A stretch of 63,963 nucleotides of DNA, counting the filler, from Lama guanicoe (taxonomy: Eukaryota): assembly GCA_013239625.1 (NCBI GenBank). It is 206 parts of 206 records of this genome, joined end to end, with 100 filler letters (N's around TTAATTAATTAA, not from the genome) between each part and the next. Parts side by side here need not be neighbours in the genome. Positions count along the whole stretch, not along the records: positions 62,510 to 62,719 come from PNXV01036433.1; positions 62,820 to 63,030 come from PNXV01036434.1; positions 63,131 to 63,341 come from PNXV01036435.1; positions 63,442 to 63,652 come from PNXV01036436.1; positions 63,753 to 63,963 come from PNXV01036437.1; 201 more parts are not named here. One strand, written 5' to 3'. The translations under genes and the position numbers were made by a program. The number at the start of each line of letters is the position of its first letter. The stretch's first letter is position 1. Shown here piece after piece: positions 62,547 through 63,963 of this stretch. Under the pieces are notes generated by a model. The model worked only from the letters and a program-made list of their open reading frames with translations. It ran no database searches and was not told the DNA's origin.

Positions 62547-63963
62547 GTATTTTCTGAATTCTCTGCATTTAATGTGTGCTTTGTAAATTACTTCTTAAAA
62601 AAATAAATTAAAGATCCCTGTGAAATATGCCCTTATAATTGCTGCTTTAAACATCTTCCTGCCCAGAGCCTCTAACTAGGTGGTTTGCATTATAAGAAGA
62701 AATGAACATTTGCTTTTTTNNNNNNNNNNNNNNNNNNNNNNNNNNNNNNNNNNNNNNNNNNNNTTAATTAATTAANNNNNNNNNNNNNNNNNNNNNNNNN
62801 NNNNNNNNNNNNNNNNNNNAGAAAGCTGCAGATACATCAGACAGATGTCAAACAGTCATCTTTTGTGCTGAGGTCAGTTCGAAAAGGGTTATACCTCCCA
62901 CATCAAGACATCTTTGGGGCTGCCATCAAATAGCTCTTTTCAGGGTGAAGGAGCAGAGAGGGTAACTCTGAGGATTCTGATTTACTTGATGCCTAACAGT
63001 CTGCTTGCCTTAAATACTCAGCCTGCTGCTNNNNNNNNNNNNNNNNNNNNNNNNNNNNNNNNNNNNNNNNNNNNTTAATTAATTAANNNNNNNNNNNNNN
63101 NNNNNNNNNNNNNNNNNNNNNNNNNNNNNNACCAAAGATATTTTCTATTTATTCATTCAACATACATTCATTGTGCTTTATTCATATGATTCACTAATTC
63201 AATAAGCATTTTTCTGCTCATCTTCCTGCCTGTCACTCCTAAGCTAACCCCTGAGAATTCAGAAAGAAAAAGTGGAATCCCACCCTGGTTGTTCCTATTA
63301 TATGGATTAAACAGAACAGTAATCTGATGGAGTGCCTTTACNNNNNNNNNNNNNNNNNNNNNNNNNNNNNNNNNNNNNNNNNNNNTTAATTAATTAANNN
63401 NNNNNNNNNNNNNNNNNNNNNNNNNNNNNNNNNNNNNNNNNTATGATTGAATTCAGTAGAAGACTATGCTCACAGCTAGAGAATACAGCACCGTGTATCA
63501 CCCTGAAGATATTTACAAAGGCAGAAAAATAATTTATGTGAGCAAGTAGCTCAATGTGTATCTTACTTTAATTTCCAAAATATAATTAATTATACATTCA
63601 GTAATTTTTTACTTTAGAATTTGTTAAGTGGCTATTGTTTAATAGACAAAGANNNNNNNNNNNNNNNNNNNNNNNNNNNNNNNNNNNNNNNNNNNNTTAA
63701 TTAATTAANNNNNNNNNNNNNNNNNNNNNNNNNNNNNNNNNNNNNNNNNNNNTTCATATTGTGGTAATTACATGAAATTCATCATTAGAAACATTTATCA
63801 AGATTGGAGTGAGAACACAATCCGGACGTTAAGAAGAGCTGTCAACCATTTGTGCCTTGGAAACTTCAACAAGAAATGCTTTTAAAATGACGTCGATCAA
63901 TTCCAGGTTGTTTCGACACAGATCAGCGTTAGGCTGGTTACATCCTCATCGATGTCACCGTTA

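Larger units (their letters stand above)
212..63752. other. 205 artificial 100-bp contig-joining linkers (N44-TTAATTAATTAA-N44) separating 206 unrelated 210-211 bp contigs
   Basis: First linker is 212-311 with its core at 256-267. It recurs every 311 bp (310 bp three times). The palindromic core has TAA stops in all six frames, and the lengths sum exactly to 63963. Confidence 0.99.

Noticed and set aside
212..63752. CRISPR-like or integron-like array (constant palindromic repeat with equal-length unique spacers)
   Set aside because: The 12-bp repeat is embedded in exactly 44+44 Ns, is a six-frame-stop linker, and separates mammalian repeat and gene fragments. No cas or integrase genes are present.

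Overview
This window is not contiguous genomic DNA. It is an artificial concatenation of 206 unrelated short contigs (203 of 211 bp, three of 210 bp) joined by 205 identical 100-bp linkers (N44-TTAATTAATTAA-N44, which puts stop codons in all six frames). 206x211 - 3 + 205x100 = 63963 accounts for the window exactly. The contigs are mammalian, and tails resembling the Vic-1 SINE suggest a camelid (alpaca, llama or camel). The recognisable content is mostly decayed interspersed repeats (L1, L2, MaLR/ERV LTRs, ERV pol and integrase relics, Tigger1, MER20/33/58/81) and microsatellites. Gene-derived pieces are an OR10H-like olfactory receptor segment, a diverged COL12A1-like FNIII exon with intact splice sites, a frameshifted PRSS47-like exon and a few unassigned candidate exons. 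Nearly all ORFs in the supplied track are artefacts of reading through N-runs into the linker. I find no support for a novel multi-gene system, and adjacency between contigs carries no biological meaning. The best leads are the diverged COL12A1 exon copy, the disabled PRSS47-like exon, a pair of haplotype/paralogue bubble contigs and an L1 twin-priming inversion junction. Repeat-family and gene names come from my recall of consensus sequences, not from database searches.
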